NCBI GenBank assembly: GCA_964565775.1
Contig: CAZMGB010000003.1
Location: forward strand, 139,957 to 203,956
Reading direction: 5' to 3'
DNA: 64,000 nt
DNA from: an uncultured Dehalococcoidia bacterium
GTDB lineage: Bacteria; Chloroflexota; Dehalococcoidia; DSTF01; JALHUB01
The notes beneath the pieces are model-generated. The model had not been told where the DNA came from. It searched no databases and saw only the letters and a program-made list of their open reading frames with translations. Below, piece by piece: positions 29,881 through 38,452 of the stretch. Both the position numbers and the translations under genes were made by a program. How positions within the stretch are numbered: the first letter of the stretch is position 1; every line of letters starts with the position of its first letter.

Positions 29881-31169
29881 TGACAAAGATCTTGATACTG
29901 AGCCGCGGCGTCGTTGGGCGGGGCATGGCCAGCCCCGGAATTCGCTGCTACCACATGGCCCGCGTCCTCGCCGAGCAGCTCCCGGAGGCACAGGTCACCC
30001 TCTCCATTCCCAACGAGCCGGAGATCCCCTCTCCACACCCACGCCTGCGCATCGTCCGCTACCGCAGCCAGTGGGCCAGCCTCCTGCAGATGCTCCGCCA
30101 CGATGTCATCATCTCCCGCAACTTCCCGCCCCACGTCATACCCGTCTTCCTCCACAAGCGGCTGGCCCTGGACTTCTTCACCGCCTTCTTCATCGAGTGG
30201 ATGGAGCTCTCCAAGCGTTTCCCCAGCCTCGCGCAGAGAAAGCTCTGGATGGCCTCGAACCGCCACTACAGCGATGTCCAACTGACGCTGGCCGACTACC
30301 TGTTCTGCTCCAACGAGCGTCAGCGCGACCTGTGGGTCGGCGCCCTGGCCGCTCTCGGCCTCATCACCCCCCGCATGTATGACGAGGACACCACCCTCCG
30401 CCGCCTCATCGATGTGGTGCCCTACGGCGTCCAGCCCGGCAGTCCCCAGCACGACCGGCAGGTCCTGAAGGGAATCGTGCCGGGCATCCGCGAGACCGAC
30501 AAGGTGCTCATCTGGAACGGTCTGCTCGTCGAGTGGTTCGACGCCAAGACCGTTGTCCGGGCCATGGCCGAGGTGAGCCGCGTCCGCGACGACGTCAAGC
30601 TGTTCTTCCTGGGCCTCCAGCACCCCGACTACGTTACGAGCGTGGAGGCGCAGCCGGTGCGCGAGGCTATGGACCTGTGCAAGGACCTCGGCGTCTACGA
30701 GCGGTCCGTGTTCTTCAACGTCGGCTGGACGCCCTACCACGACATCGGCAACTTCCTCGCCGAAGCCGATATCGGCGTCTGCGCCGGCTTCAACAACATC
30801 GAGGCGCGCTACGCCTTCCGCACCCGCTTCGTCGACCTCTTCTGGGCGGAGCTGCCCATCATCTGCACGAGCGGGGACGTCCTCGCCGAGCGGATCGAAC
30901 ACGAGCCACTCGGCATCTCCGTTCCGCCCGGCGACCACCAGGCGTTCGCCGACGCCATCCTCCGCCTCGTCAACGACCGCGACTTCTACCAGCGCTGCCG
31001 CTCCAACATGCCCGCCATCAAGGAGGAGCTGAGCTGGGAGCAAGTTCTCGCTCCCCTGGTAGAGTTCTGCCGCAGCGGCGAGAGCATCGCGGCTCCCAAG
31101 GGTCAGCGCTTCCTTCCCCTCCTTCTCCGCTCCGCGGCCTATCTGGTGGAGAAGACGCTGGCGCGCTGA
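29880..31169 (+). CDS. GT4-like glycosyltransferase (copy 3 of 3)
   Basis: Paralog sharing long identical DNA stretches with copy 2; TGATG overlap. Confidence 0.85.
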   Translation: MTKILILSRGVVGRGMASPGIRCYHMARVLAEQLPEAQVTLSIPNEPEIPSPHPRLRIVRYRSQWASLLQMLRHDVIISRNFPPHVIPVFLHKRLALDFFTAFFIEWMELSKRFPSLAQRKLWMASNRHYSDVQLTLADYLFCSNERQRDLWVGALAALGLITPRMYDEDTTLRRLIDVVPYGVQPGSPQHDRQVLKGIVPGIRETDKVLIWNGLLVEWFDAKTVVRAMAEVSRVRDDVKLFFLGLQHPDYVTSVEAQPVREAMDLCKDLGVYERSVFFNVGWTPYHDIGNFLAEADIGVCAGFNNIEARYAFRTRFVDLFWAELPIICTSGDVLAERIEHEPLGISVPPGDHQAFADAILRLVNDRDFYQRCRSNMPAIKEELSWEQVLAPLVEFCRSGESIAAPKGQRFLPLLLRSAAYLVEKTLAR

Positions 31170-31193
31170 GCGCAGCTAGCGCAAGGAGGCTCG

Positions 31194-31577
31194 ATGTATC
31201 TCCAGACCCTCGAAGAAAGCCCCCGCAACCGGCGCGGCGGTCAGGTCTCCTACCTCCTGCTGTCGAAGGGACAGTTCGGCTCCACGAACCTGGCGATAAC
31301 GTGGGTCGAGGGAGGACCCGACAGCGAACAGCCCCTTCACGATCACCCGCGGAACGAGCAGGTGTACGTTATCGTCAGGGGTCGCGGTGTGATGAAGGCC
31401 GGCGAGGAGGAGCAGGAGGTCAGGGCCGGTACAATGGTCCTCATTCCGCCGAGCACGAGCCACGCCATCCGGAACACCGGCGACGAGCCGCTTGTGTTCG
31501 TCTCGGCGACTGCGCCCCCATTCGATCTGCCGCCGGAGGGGTCAGCCTTCGCCTATGAGCCGCCAGCGCGAACCTAG
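31194..31577 (+). CDS. Cupin domain protein
   Basis: HDHPRNEQVYVIVRGRG and IPPSTSHAIRNTG motifs; AAGGAGG RBS. Confidence 0.85.
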   Translation: MYLQTLEESPRNRRGGQVSYLLLSKGQFGSTNLAITWVEGGPDSEQPLHDHPRNEQVYVIVRGRGVMKAGEEEQEVRAGTMVLIPPSTSHAIRNTGDEPLVFVSATAPPFDLPPEGSAFAYEPPART

Positions 31578-31617
31578 CGCCTGACGGTGCCGGGAAGTCT
31601 GGGCCCCGGCCCCGCCG

Positions 31618-32421
31618 CTATGTGCCGGCGAGGAACTCGTCTACCAGCCGGTTGAACGTATCCGGCCGCTCGAAGTAGACGGAGTGCCCGGCCTTGGGCA
31701 CGCGCTCCAGTCGCGCCCCGGGGACGAGTGAGGCGAAGACTTCGACTGCGGCCGGCGGCATCACGACATCCTCCTCGCCGGTGATACAGAGGACGGGCAT
31801 GGGTAGCGCCGCTACCTTCTCGGCGGGCGTCGTCCGCATCGCGATCAGGCCCCTGAGCACCGCATCCCGGTCCAGGTTCACGCTGAGCCCCGAGATCTCC
31901 TGGTAGAGGAAGTGCATTGCGGGCTGCTCACGCGCCATGCGCTCGCCGGCTGCGGGGTGGATGCCCCGCGCAAACAGCTCCGCCTCCGGGTTGCCGGTGC
32001 GCGCGGCGTAAATGCGGTCGATATCCGGATGGGCGAGGGTACCCGTGGTCGCCGCCATCACCAGCGCACGGACGCGCGACGGGCTGCCCGTCCGGCTGGC
32101 GGCCTCTCGCAACGCGTAGCCGAGGCAGGTCCAGCCGCCCATCGACTGCGCCACCAGCCGCACGTCCTCTAGCTCCAGGTGGTCGATGAGCGCCGCCAGG
32201 TCGTCGACGAAGGCCGCCGGGCCGGGGCCCTGCGCCTCCTCAACGGAAGGCGCGAAGCCTCGATGCGCGAAGGTGACACACGTATAGCGGTCGCGAAAGC
32301 AGGGGACCTGCTGCCACCAGGAGAGATGATTTCCACCCAGACCGTGCGCGAAGACCAGGGCCGGACCGTGGCCGCTCCTCTCGTAATAGAGGTCGCAGCC
32401 GTTGACGTGGAGAAATGGCAC
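31618..32421 (-). CDS. Alpha/beta hydrolase
   Basis: HGLGG, RGF, AQSMGG nucleophile elbow, GEED, GHSVYFE. Confidence 0.88.
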   Translation of the reverse strand: MPFLHVNGCDLYYERSGHGPALVFAHGLGGNHLSWWQQVPCFRDRYTCVTFAHRGFAPSVEEAQGPGPAAFVDDLAALIDHLELEDVRLVAQSMGGWTCLGYALREAASRTGSPSRVRALVMAATTGTLAHPDIDRIYAARTGNPEAELFARGIHPAAGERMAREQPAMHFLYQEISGLSVNLDRDAVLRGLIAMRTTPAEKVAALPMPVLCITGEEDVVMPPAAVEVFASLVPGARLERVPKAGHSVYFERPDTFNRLVDEFLAGT

Positions 32422-32458
32422 GACGACTACTCCTCGCAGGGCAATCGCATGCGCTGCC

Positions 32459-32530
32459 CTAGCCTCTATCCCACCTCACGTTGTACAGGCGCGCCGCGTC
32501 CTTGAAGGCGCGCGGCGCGACCGCGTCACG
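32459..32530 (-). pseudogene. Relic 1 of a class III nucleotide cyclase-like 3' end
   Basis: RDAVAPRAFKDAARLYNVRWDRG*. Confidence 0.6.
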
Positions 32531-32546
32531 CGGGCGGGCTGTCGGA

Positions 32547-33716
32547 TCATGTCGCCTTCTTGAAAGGAGTCTCAAGCAGGCGCTTTCGCACCCGCTCGTC
32601 AAGGGCGACGTCGATGGCTGTCCAGGCCATCGCCAGGGCACCGTCGATCACGGCCTTGTCGGCCTCGGCCGTGACGCAGTGGGCGGCGAACTCGGGCTGG
32701 TGGGGAAGCGCCGGCAGAGAGCCGATACCGATCATCGGGTGGATCGCCGGTATCACCAGGGAGACGTTGCCCATGTCCGTCGACCCCGCCCTCGACCCAG
32801 CGTCGACGAACGTGCGGCCGAGGGTCTCCGCGTTGGAGCGATAGGCCGCCGAAAGGTCGGGGTCGGCCTGCATCTGAGCGTACGGCCTGCCGCCCTCCCT
32901 GATCTCCAGCTTGGCGCCGGTGGCCACGGCCCCGGCCTCGAAGCAACGGTAGACCTTGGCGCGGAGCTCCTCCAGTCGCTCAAGCCTGCTCGCGCGGATC
33001 GCGTAGGTGGCGCTGGTGTGGGCCGGAATGACGTTGGGCGCGTCACCGCCCTTGGTGACAATGCCATGAATCTTGTCGTTGGGGCCGATCTGCTGTCGGA
33101 GGAGCCCGATGGCCACCTGTGCCAGAGTGAGGGCGTCGGCGGCGTTGATGCCGCGATCGGGGAATGAAGACGCGTGCGCCTCCTTGCCCGTGTATTCGAC
33201 ATCGAAGTCCTGAATGGCGATGATCGCCGGCTCCAGTATGTCGACAGGGGACGGATGCACCATCATAGCAGCGTGCACGCCGTCGAAGGCGCCGCGCTCC
33301 AGGAGAAGGATCTTGCCTCCGCCGCCTTCCTCGGCAGGCGTGCCGATGATGCGCACGGTGATTCCCAACTCATCCGCCACCGAGGCCAGGGCGATGGCCG
33401 CACCGACTGCGGCAGTAGCGATGATGTTGTGGCCGCAAGCGTGGCCGATCTCGGGGAGACAATCGTACTCGGCGCAGACGGCGACGTGCAGGGGGCCGCT
33501 GCCCGCCCGGCCGGCGAACGCCGTCGGCAGCTCGCATACGCCGCCCTCGACGGCCAGCCCTGCCTGAGTAAGGGTCTCGACCAGCCAGGCGGATGCCTTA
33601 TGCTCCTGGAACCCCAGCTCCGGGTTCGCGTGGATCCGGTGGCTGAGGTCGATGAGCGTGTCGCGGAACTCGTCCAGGCGTGCGCGTGCCTTAGCCTTCG
33701 TGTCTGTGCTAGCCAT
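32547..33716 (-). CDS. M20 family amidohydrolase (PM20D2/AbgB-like)
   Basis: HANPELGFQE, EYDCLPEIGHACGHN, GTPAEEGGGGK, GSTDMGNVS. Confidence 0.9.
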   Translation of the reverse strand: MASTDTKAKARARLDEFRDTLIDLSHRIHANPELGFQEHKASAWLVETLTQAGLAVEGGVCELPTAFAGRAGSGPLHVAVCAEYDCLPEIGHACGHNIIATAAVGAAIALASVADELGITVRIIGTPAEEGGGGKILLLERGAFDGVHAAMMVHPSPVDILEPAIIAIQDFDVEYTGKEAHASSFPDRGINAADALTLAQVAIGLLRQQIGPNDKIHGIVTKGGDAPNVIPAHTSATYAIRASRLERLEELRAKVYRCFEAGAVATGAKLEIREGGRPYAQMQADPDLSAAYRSNAETLGRTFVDAGSRAGSTDMGNVSLVIPAIHPMIGIGSLPALPHQPEFAAHCVTAEADKAVIDGALAMAWTAIDVALDERVRKRLLETPFKKAT

Positions 33717-33786
33717 GTGTCCTACCTCGTAAGGGCTTCGCTGCTCACCCCGTCGGCGGTCCCCGCGTACCGGATGTGGGGCTGCA

Positions 33787-33870
33787 TCATCCGCCTCCGG
33801 CGGACTGCCGCCGTCTCACCTCGTACAGCCGCACCCGGCCCTCGAACGCACGGTGCACAGCCTCGCCCCG
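33787..33870 (-). pseudogene. Relic 2 of a class III nucleotide cyclase-like 3' end
   Basis: RGEAVHRAFEGRVRLYEVRRRQSAGGG*, colinear with relic 1. Confidence 0.6.
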
Positions 33871-33878
33871 GCCGATTT

Positions 33879-34469
33879 CTAAGTGCGCCGTTGGAACAGG
33901 TACCAGTAGGAGGGGCTTCCTTGCTCCGCGCCGCCCCTAACCCACCGGGCCTCGAAGTCGCCAGCCAGCAAGCTCTTCATCTCATCCGGCGCCAGCCCCA
34001 CCGCACGTCCCAGGAACTTACGGGGCCCCCACGCGTAAAGCATGTAGTAGCCACCGGGGCGAACCAACCGCTTCAGCATCGAGCCGTAAGCCAGGCGGTC
34101 GGAGGACACCAGGGAGTGAAAGCAGCCGATATCCAGGGCCAGGTCAAAGGACTCGCCCACGAGCTGTCCGCCCGCCGCCCCCAGCTTTATGGCCTCGCCG
34201 GCATAGAAGGCGGCCACCACACCCGCCTCACGGGCCTTCTGCCGCGCCCTGCGGATGGCCAGCCAGGCGACGTCCGTCCCCACCACGTCGAAGCCATGTT
34301 GGGCCAGGTAGATGGCGTTGGTACCGGTGCCGCAGCCGATGTCGAGGGCTCGCCCCGGCGGGATGACGCCACTTTCTACCACCTCGACCACCTCCGGCGG
34401 CGTGATGCCGGTATCCCAGCGAGGCCGACCACGGAGATATTGCAGGTTCCAGAAGAGCTTGCTCAGCAT
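33879..34469 (-). CDS. SAM methyltransferase (TPMT/type 25-like)
   Basis: PRWDTG, ALDIGCGTG, DIGCFH. Confidence 0.85.
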   Translation of the reverse strand: MLSKLFWNLQYLRGRPRWDTGITPPEVVEVVESGVIPPGRALDIGCGTGTNAIYLAQHGFDVVGTDVAWLAIRRARQKAREAGVVAAFYAGEAIKLGAAGGQLVGESFDLALDIGCFHSLVSSDRLAYGSMLKRLVRPGGYYMLYAWGPRKFLGRAVGLAPDEMKSLLAGDFEARWVRGGAEQGSPSYWYLFQRRT

Positions 34470-34521
34470 GAATCGATCCCAGGCCCGTCCGGCCCGCAGC
34501 CGCGCTCGACGGGCGGCGGCA

Positions 34522-34578
34522 TCACCCGCCTCAGGCGCACTCCCGCGAGCTCACCTCATACGGCCGCAGCGGGCCCGC
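34522..34578 (-). pseudogene. Relic 3 of a class III nucleotide cyclase-like 3' end
   Basis: AGPLRPYEVSSRECA*GG*; the 61-nt stretch 34515-34575 has 12 mismatches against 33780-33840 (hand count). Confidence 0.55.
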
Positions 34579-34581
34579 CCG

Positions 34582-34878
34582 TCAGGACCGCCCGGCCCGT
34601 CCGCCGCCGGCGACGGCAGGGAAGACGTCCACCTCGTCGGCGGCGGTGACGCGGGTGTCCAGCCCGTTCAGGAAGTGAATCTCGCGCCCGTTCAGGAACA
34701 CGGCGACGTATCGACGCACCTCGCCGGAGTCATCGAGCAGGGAGCCGGCAAGGCCGGGGCGAAGCTTCTCGAGATGCCTCAGCATGTCGCCGACGGTGCC
34801 GGAGCGGGGGACGGCCACCTCGATCGCCTTGTCGCCGGCCCGTATCCGCAACATCGCGTAGAGCCTAACGAGCACCAT
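34582..34878 (-). CDS. MoaD/ThiS (SAMP-like) sulfur carrier with a C-terminal extension
   Basis: VRLYAMLR, TVGD, VFLNGREI, FPAVAGG then GRAGRS*. Confidence 0.85.
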   Translation of the reverse strand: MVLVRLYAMLRIRAGDKAIEVAVPRSGTVGDMLRHLEKLRPGLAGSLLDDSGEVRRYVAVFLNGREIHFLNGLDTRVTAADEVDVFPAVAGGGRAGRS

Positions 34879-34904
34879 CGTTCACCCGACGCGCGCCGCA
34901 AGGG

Positions 34905-36704
34905 TCAAATGATCTGCAGCGCTCGAAGCTTCTCCTCAGGCACGACGCCTTTGACCCAGCCGCGGGCGGCGTAGTACTCCTCGAGCATCAGATCCAGCTC
35001 GCATACCTGTCCCTGCGACCCGGGGCTGGTGGAAGGCTCCGTCAGGAACCGCTGCGGCAGCGTGTCGGAGCCCTCGCGGAAGCCGGCCAGGTTATTGTAG
35101 TGGCGCTCCAGATTGTAGACGCGCTCGCCGATCTTGAGGATCCCATCGCCGTCCATGGGCACTCCGACCACCGCCGAGTACTGCGCCGCGTAGTTGTCCG
35201 CGTTCTCGGCGAAGCTGGAGAACTTGCAGATGTCGAGGGAGTCGGACACGGCAGCGAGGTCCTGGAACGCCTTGAGGAGCTCTCCCTTGCCCTGCCAGGC
35301 CAGGGGGTCCACCTTCTCCGGTATGCCCATCGCCTCGGCGGCAAGAGTGTAGCCGCGCAGGTGACAGGCGCCCCGGTTGCTCGTGGCAAAGCCGAGCCCC
35401 ATGCCCTTCACGCCCCGCGGGTCATAGGCGGGGATCGCCTGGCCCTTGACGGTCATCGAAATGCTCTCATCGCCGAAGCCTCTGGCCGCGCGCTCCGTCC
35501 CCTCGGCGAGGGCGTCGCCGATCCCTTCGCGCAGGGCTATCTTGCGCACCAGTTCCACCATCTTGTCCGCATCGCCCCAGGCGATGCGCTCGCTGATGAG
35601 CTCCCTGTCGCTGGCCTCCATGGCCATCGAGAGGACGTTGCCCATCTCGATGGTGTCCATGCCGTATTCGTTGCACAGGTCGATGAGGAAGGCGATGGAA
35701 TCGCGGTCGGCGTTGAAACAGTTGGCGCCGAAGGTCCAGGCGGACTCGTACTCGTAGCTCTCCATGTGGACCTTGAACCTGCCGGGGCTGGTCTCGACCT
35801 CCTTCTTGCAGGCGACCGGGCAAGCGTGGCACGTCGGATCGTTGACCAGGATCGTCTCCTTGACGCGCTCGCCGCTTATCTCGTTCGCTTGCTCGAAGCT
35901 GGTGAGTTGCGAATTCTTGGTGGGCAGCGCCCCCATGGTGTTGGCGAGGTTCATCAACACGTTGGTGCCGAAGACGGAGAGGCCGCCCTTGCGAGGGCCG
36001 GTGACGTCGCTTTCCGAGAGGGCCTTCACCGCATCCCTGTGGGCCACCCGGAACGCATCCCGGTCCTGCGCCTTCGGCATCCGCTTCTTCGCCTTGATGA
36101 CGACGGCCTTCAGGTTCTTGCTCCCGGCCACCGCTCCCACGCCGCCGCGGCCGGAGGCGCGGTCGTTCTCGTTGATCAGGGAGGCGAAACGTACCTTGTT
36201 CTCCCCACCGCGGCCGATGGTCACCACGCTCACGTCGTCGCCGTGCCTGTCCAGGAGGAGCTTCACCGTCTCGTGCACGCCCTTGCCCCAGAGGTCTCGG
36301 GCATCCTTGACCTCGACGTTGCCGCCCTCGACGTAGGCGTAGACGGGGTGGTCGGCCCTCCCCTCGAAGATGACGCCGTCCAAGCCGGCCCACTTCAGGC
36401 GGGCGCCGGACCAGCCCCCGTGGTGGGAGTCGGTCACGGTGCCGGTGAGAGGCGACTTCGTGACGACAGCCACTCGGCCGCTCATGTTGACTGCGGTGCC
36501 CGTCAGGGGGCCCGTAATGAAGCAGAGGATGTTTTCCGGCGACAGCGGCTCCACCTGGGGGCCGTTGTCGAACACAAGCTTCACACCGAGGCCGCGACCA
36601 CCGATGTACTTGCGGGCATCTTCCTCGTTGATCTCTTCGTAGCGAACGTTGCCTTTGCCGAGGTCTACTCGCGCCAGACGATTGGCGTATCCGCCCAGTG
36701 GCAT
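34905..36704 (-). CDS. aor: Tungsten-dependent aldehyde:ferredoxin oxidoreductase family protein
   Basis: YIGGRGLG, KSPLTG, GRGGVGAVAGSKNLKA, CHACPVAC, EYES, GMDTI, RGACH, DSLDIC. Confidence 0.92.
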   Translation of the reverse strand: MPLGGYANRLARVDLGKGNVRYEEINEEDARKYIGGRGLGVKLVFDNGPQVEPLSPENILCFITGPLTGTAVNMSGRVAVVTKSPLTGTVTDSHHGGWSGARLKWAGLDGVIFEGRADHPVYAYVEGGNVEVKDARDLWGKGVHETVKLLLDRHGDDVSVVTIGRGGENKVRFASLINENDRASGRGGVGAVAGSKNLKAVVIKAKKRMPKAQDRDAFRVAHRDAVKALSESDVTGPRKGGLSVFGTNVLMNLANTMGALPTKNSQLTSFEQANEISGERVKETILVNDPTCHACPVACKKEVETSPGRFKVHMESYEYESAWTFGANCFNADRDSIAFLIDLCNEYGMDTIEMGNVLSMAMEASDRELISERIAWGDADKMVELVRKIALREGIGDALAEGTERAARGFGDESISMTVKGQAIPAYDPRGVKGMGLGFATSNRGACHLRGYTLAAEAMGIPEKVDPLAWQGKGELLKAFQDLAAVSDSLDICKFSSFAENADNYAAQYSAVVGVPMDGDGILKIGERVYNLERHYNNLAGFREGSDTLPQRFLTEPSTSPGSQGQVCELDLMLEEYYAARGWVKGVVPEEKLRALQII

Positions 36705-36882
36705 GGGTGTCCTCCCTTCCGTGAGTGCGCGACGTGCTGCCGCGGCTCACTATGGAACCTAAGATGTTCCGGCTCCCTCCCAGTCGTGGCCGCCTACATT
36801 CTTCCTCACGCCCGCGTTTTCCGCAAGAGGCGGCGCGCCGTTTCGGTCAGAGGCGAATCCCAGAATCGGTTAGCCGGGTATG

Positions 36883-36911
36883 TTGACAACGCGTCGGGCT
36901 ATGAGTAGTCT
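36883..36911 (+). promoter_or_regulatory. sigma70-type promoter
   Basis: TTGACA-17bp-TAGTCT. Confidence 0.6.
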
Positions 36912-36940
36912 GCTAGCGCGCGCACAACAAGCGGCCGGTC

Positions 36941-37333
36941 ATGAAAAACACACTATTCATGGCCGACCTTGCCGCTTCACTCCTCGCGGGCTTGGTAGCA
37001 CTCGCCGCGCTAGTATGGGCATCTCCATCCTCATCGAACGCGGCCGAGGAAGAAGTCACGGAGGCCCGGGTGTCACGATACGATGGACACGGTCACGAGT
37101 CCGCCGAGGCGGCTAGGGGAGCGGCCGTCGACGGGGCGGGCAACGTGTACATTCCAAACGGGAGCGAGTCGTCGGCGTGCCGTTACGACGGCCTTGACGG
37201 CACCAACGACTGTTGGCCGCCACCCGGGCACATGCTACGTGCGGCGGGCAAGGGCTGTCTACGAACCCGTTTACACCCAGGACATGGAATGGCTCGCATA
37301 AGGGGGTACTCGTACATGGCGAGAACGCGCTGA
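36941..37333 (+). pseudogene. Truncated secreted beta-propeller (SBBP-repeat-like) gene
   Basis: Signal-peptide-like N-terminus then one blade VSRYDG..ARGAAVDGAGNVYI; degenerate afterwards. Confidence 0.5.
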
Positions 37334-37397
37334 CATACGCAGCCCCGTTCACGGCTCGGGTAGATCCGGCAGAGCCGCCGAAGAAGGGAGGCCGACC

Positions 37398-38444
37398 ATG
37401 ACGGGAAACGAAAGCTCGCAGCGGCCGAAGACATGGGCGGAGGAGTTGAGGCGCCTCGGCGAGCGCCTCAACGAGCGCGTCAGGCAGAAGCTGCCGCAGA
37501 TGAACGTAGAGACCACGGCTCTGACACCGGGATGGGAGTGCAAAGAGAAGTGGCAGAAACTGCGCATCGAGCGGGATCGCATCCAACTCATGAAGGTGGA
37601 GCTCGGCTGGTTGTCGGTCGATGCCGCTGCCCGCGTCGACCGTCGCCTCAAAGCCGCAGGCGAAATCATCGATGCGGAAATCGAGGGCAAGACAAGCGAG
37701 GCCTTTCTCAAGCTATGTCAGGCCGAGCACATCATGCAGCGCGCCTGGTGGTCGCGCCACTGGAATAGCTGGCCGAGGGGTTGCTGCTTATGCTATCTCT
37801 GCCGCCTTCCGCTGTGGGTCTACCTATCGGCAATGCTCCTTGCGGCTCTCGGCGCGACGGCCTGGACCATTTTCGACCACGAGTTGTATCCCGGCGTCGA
37901 GGACATCGGGCGTCACGAGGCGCTGTTCGGCGCGACGCTCTGGGGCCTTGCTGGTGGCCTGGTGACCGCACTGCGAACCCTCCACCACCGTATCCAAGCC
38001 CAGCAATTCGAAAGGGAAAGGGTGGCCTGGTATGTGCTGAGCCCCATCCTTGGATTCGCCCTCGGCGCCAGCGCCTCACTGATCTTCTTCGCGGGACTCG
38101 TCAGCCTCGATCACGATCTGGGAGAGGCGGCGCCAGCGCCCCAAGCGACGAGCGAGATCGTCGCGACGCCAACGCCCCAAGCGACAAGTGAGATCGTTGC
38201 GACGCCAACGCTCACAGCGACGCCAACGCCCGCAGCGACGCCCGAGATCGTTGCGACGCCGACGCCCACAGCGACGCCGACGCCCCAACCGCCGGGGGAG
38301 ACGAAGAGGCCGATCGATCCTACCCCTATCTTCCTACTGGCGTTTCTGGCCGGTCTTGCCCAGAACGCCTTCTTCGGCTTCTTGCAGCAGACAGTGAAAG
38401 CCCGGTTCCGGGGAGCCGACGAGGAGGAGGAAACGGTACCCTAG
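37398..38444 (+). CDS. Uncharacterised 4-TM membrane protein with a Thr/Pro-rich loop
   Basis: GGAGG RBS; TMs with WGLAGG..AL, Y.LSPILG and AFLAG motifs. Confidence 0.7.
   Translation: MTGNESSQRPKTWAEELRRLGERLNERVRQKLPQMNVETTALTPGWECKEKWQKLRIERDRIQLMKVELGWLSVDAAARVDRRLKAAGEIIDAEIEGKTSEAFLKLCQAEHIMQRAWWSRHWNSWPRGCCLCYLCRLPLWVYLSAMLLAALGATAWTIFDHELYPGVEDIGRHEALFGATLWGLAGGLVTALRTLHHRIQAQQFERERVAWYVLSPILGFALGASASLIFFAGLVSLDHDLGEAAPAPQATSEIVATPTPQATSEIVATPTLTATPTPAATPEIVATPTPTATPTPQPPGETKRPIDPTPIFLLAFLAGLAQNAFFGFLQQTVKARFRGADEEEETVP
38139..38288 (+). repeat. Coding tandem repeats of 36 and 18 bp (PQATSEIVATPT / xTATPT)
   Basis: Three 36-bp units interspersed with two 18-bp units, read directly. 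Confidence 0.9.
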
Positions 38445-38452
38445 AGCTGGAC

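Noticed and set aside
27278-31169. Diversity-generating retroelement TR/VR pair among the GT4 repeats
   Set aside because: Differences are not adenine-specific and there is no reverse transcriptase
32078-32092. GACGGGC-T-GCCCGTC palindrome within an apparent short insertion in the hydrolase
   Set aside because: 7-bp GC-rich arms are easily chance; no second full copy found
36754-36770. GGAAC-N7-GTTCC upstream of aor as a LexA box
   Set aside because: Spacing is 7, not the 4 seen at imuB; may bind another regulator but unsupported
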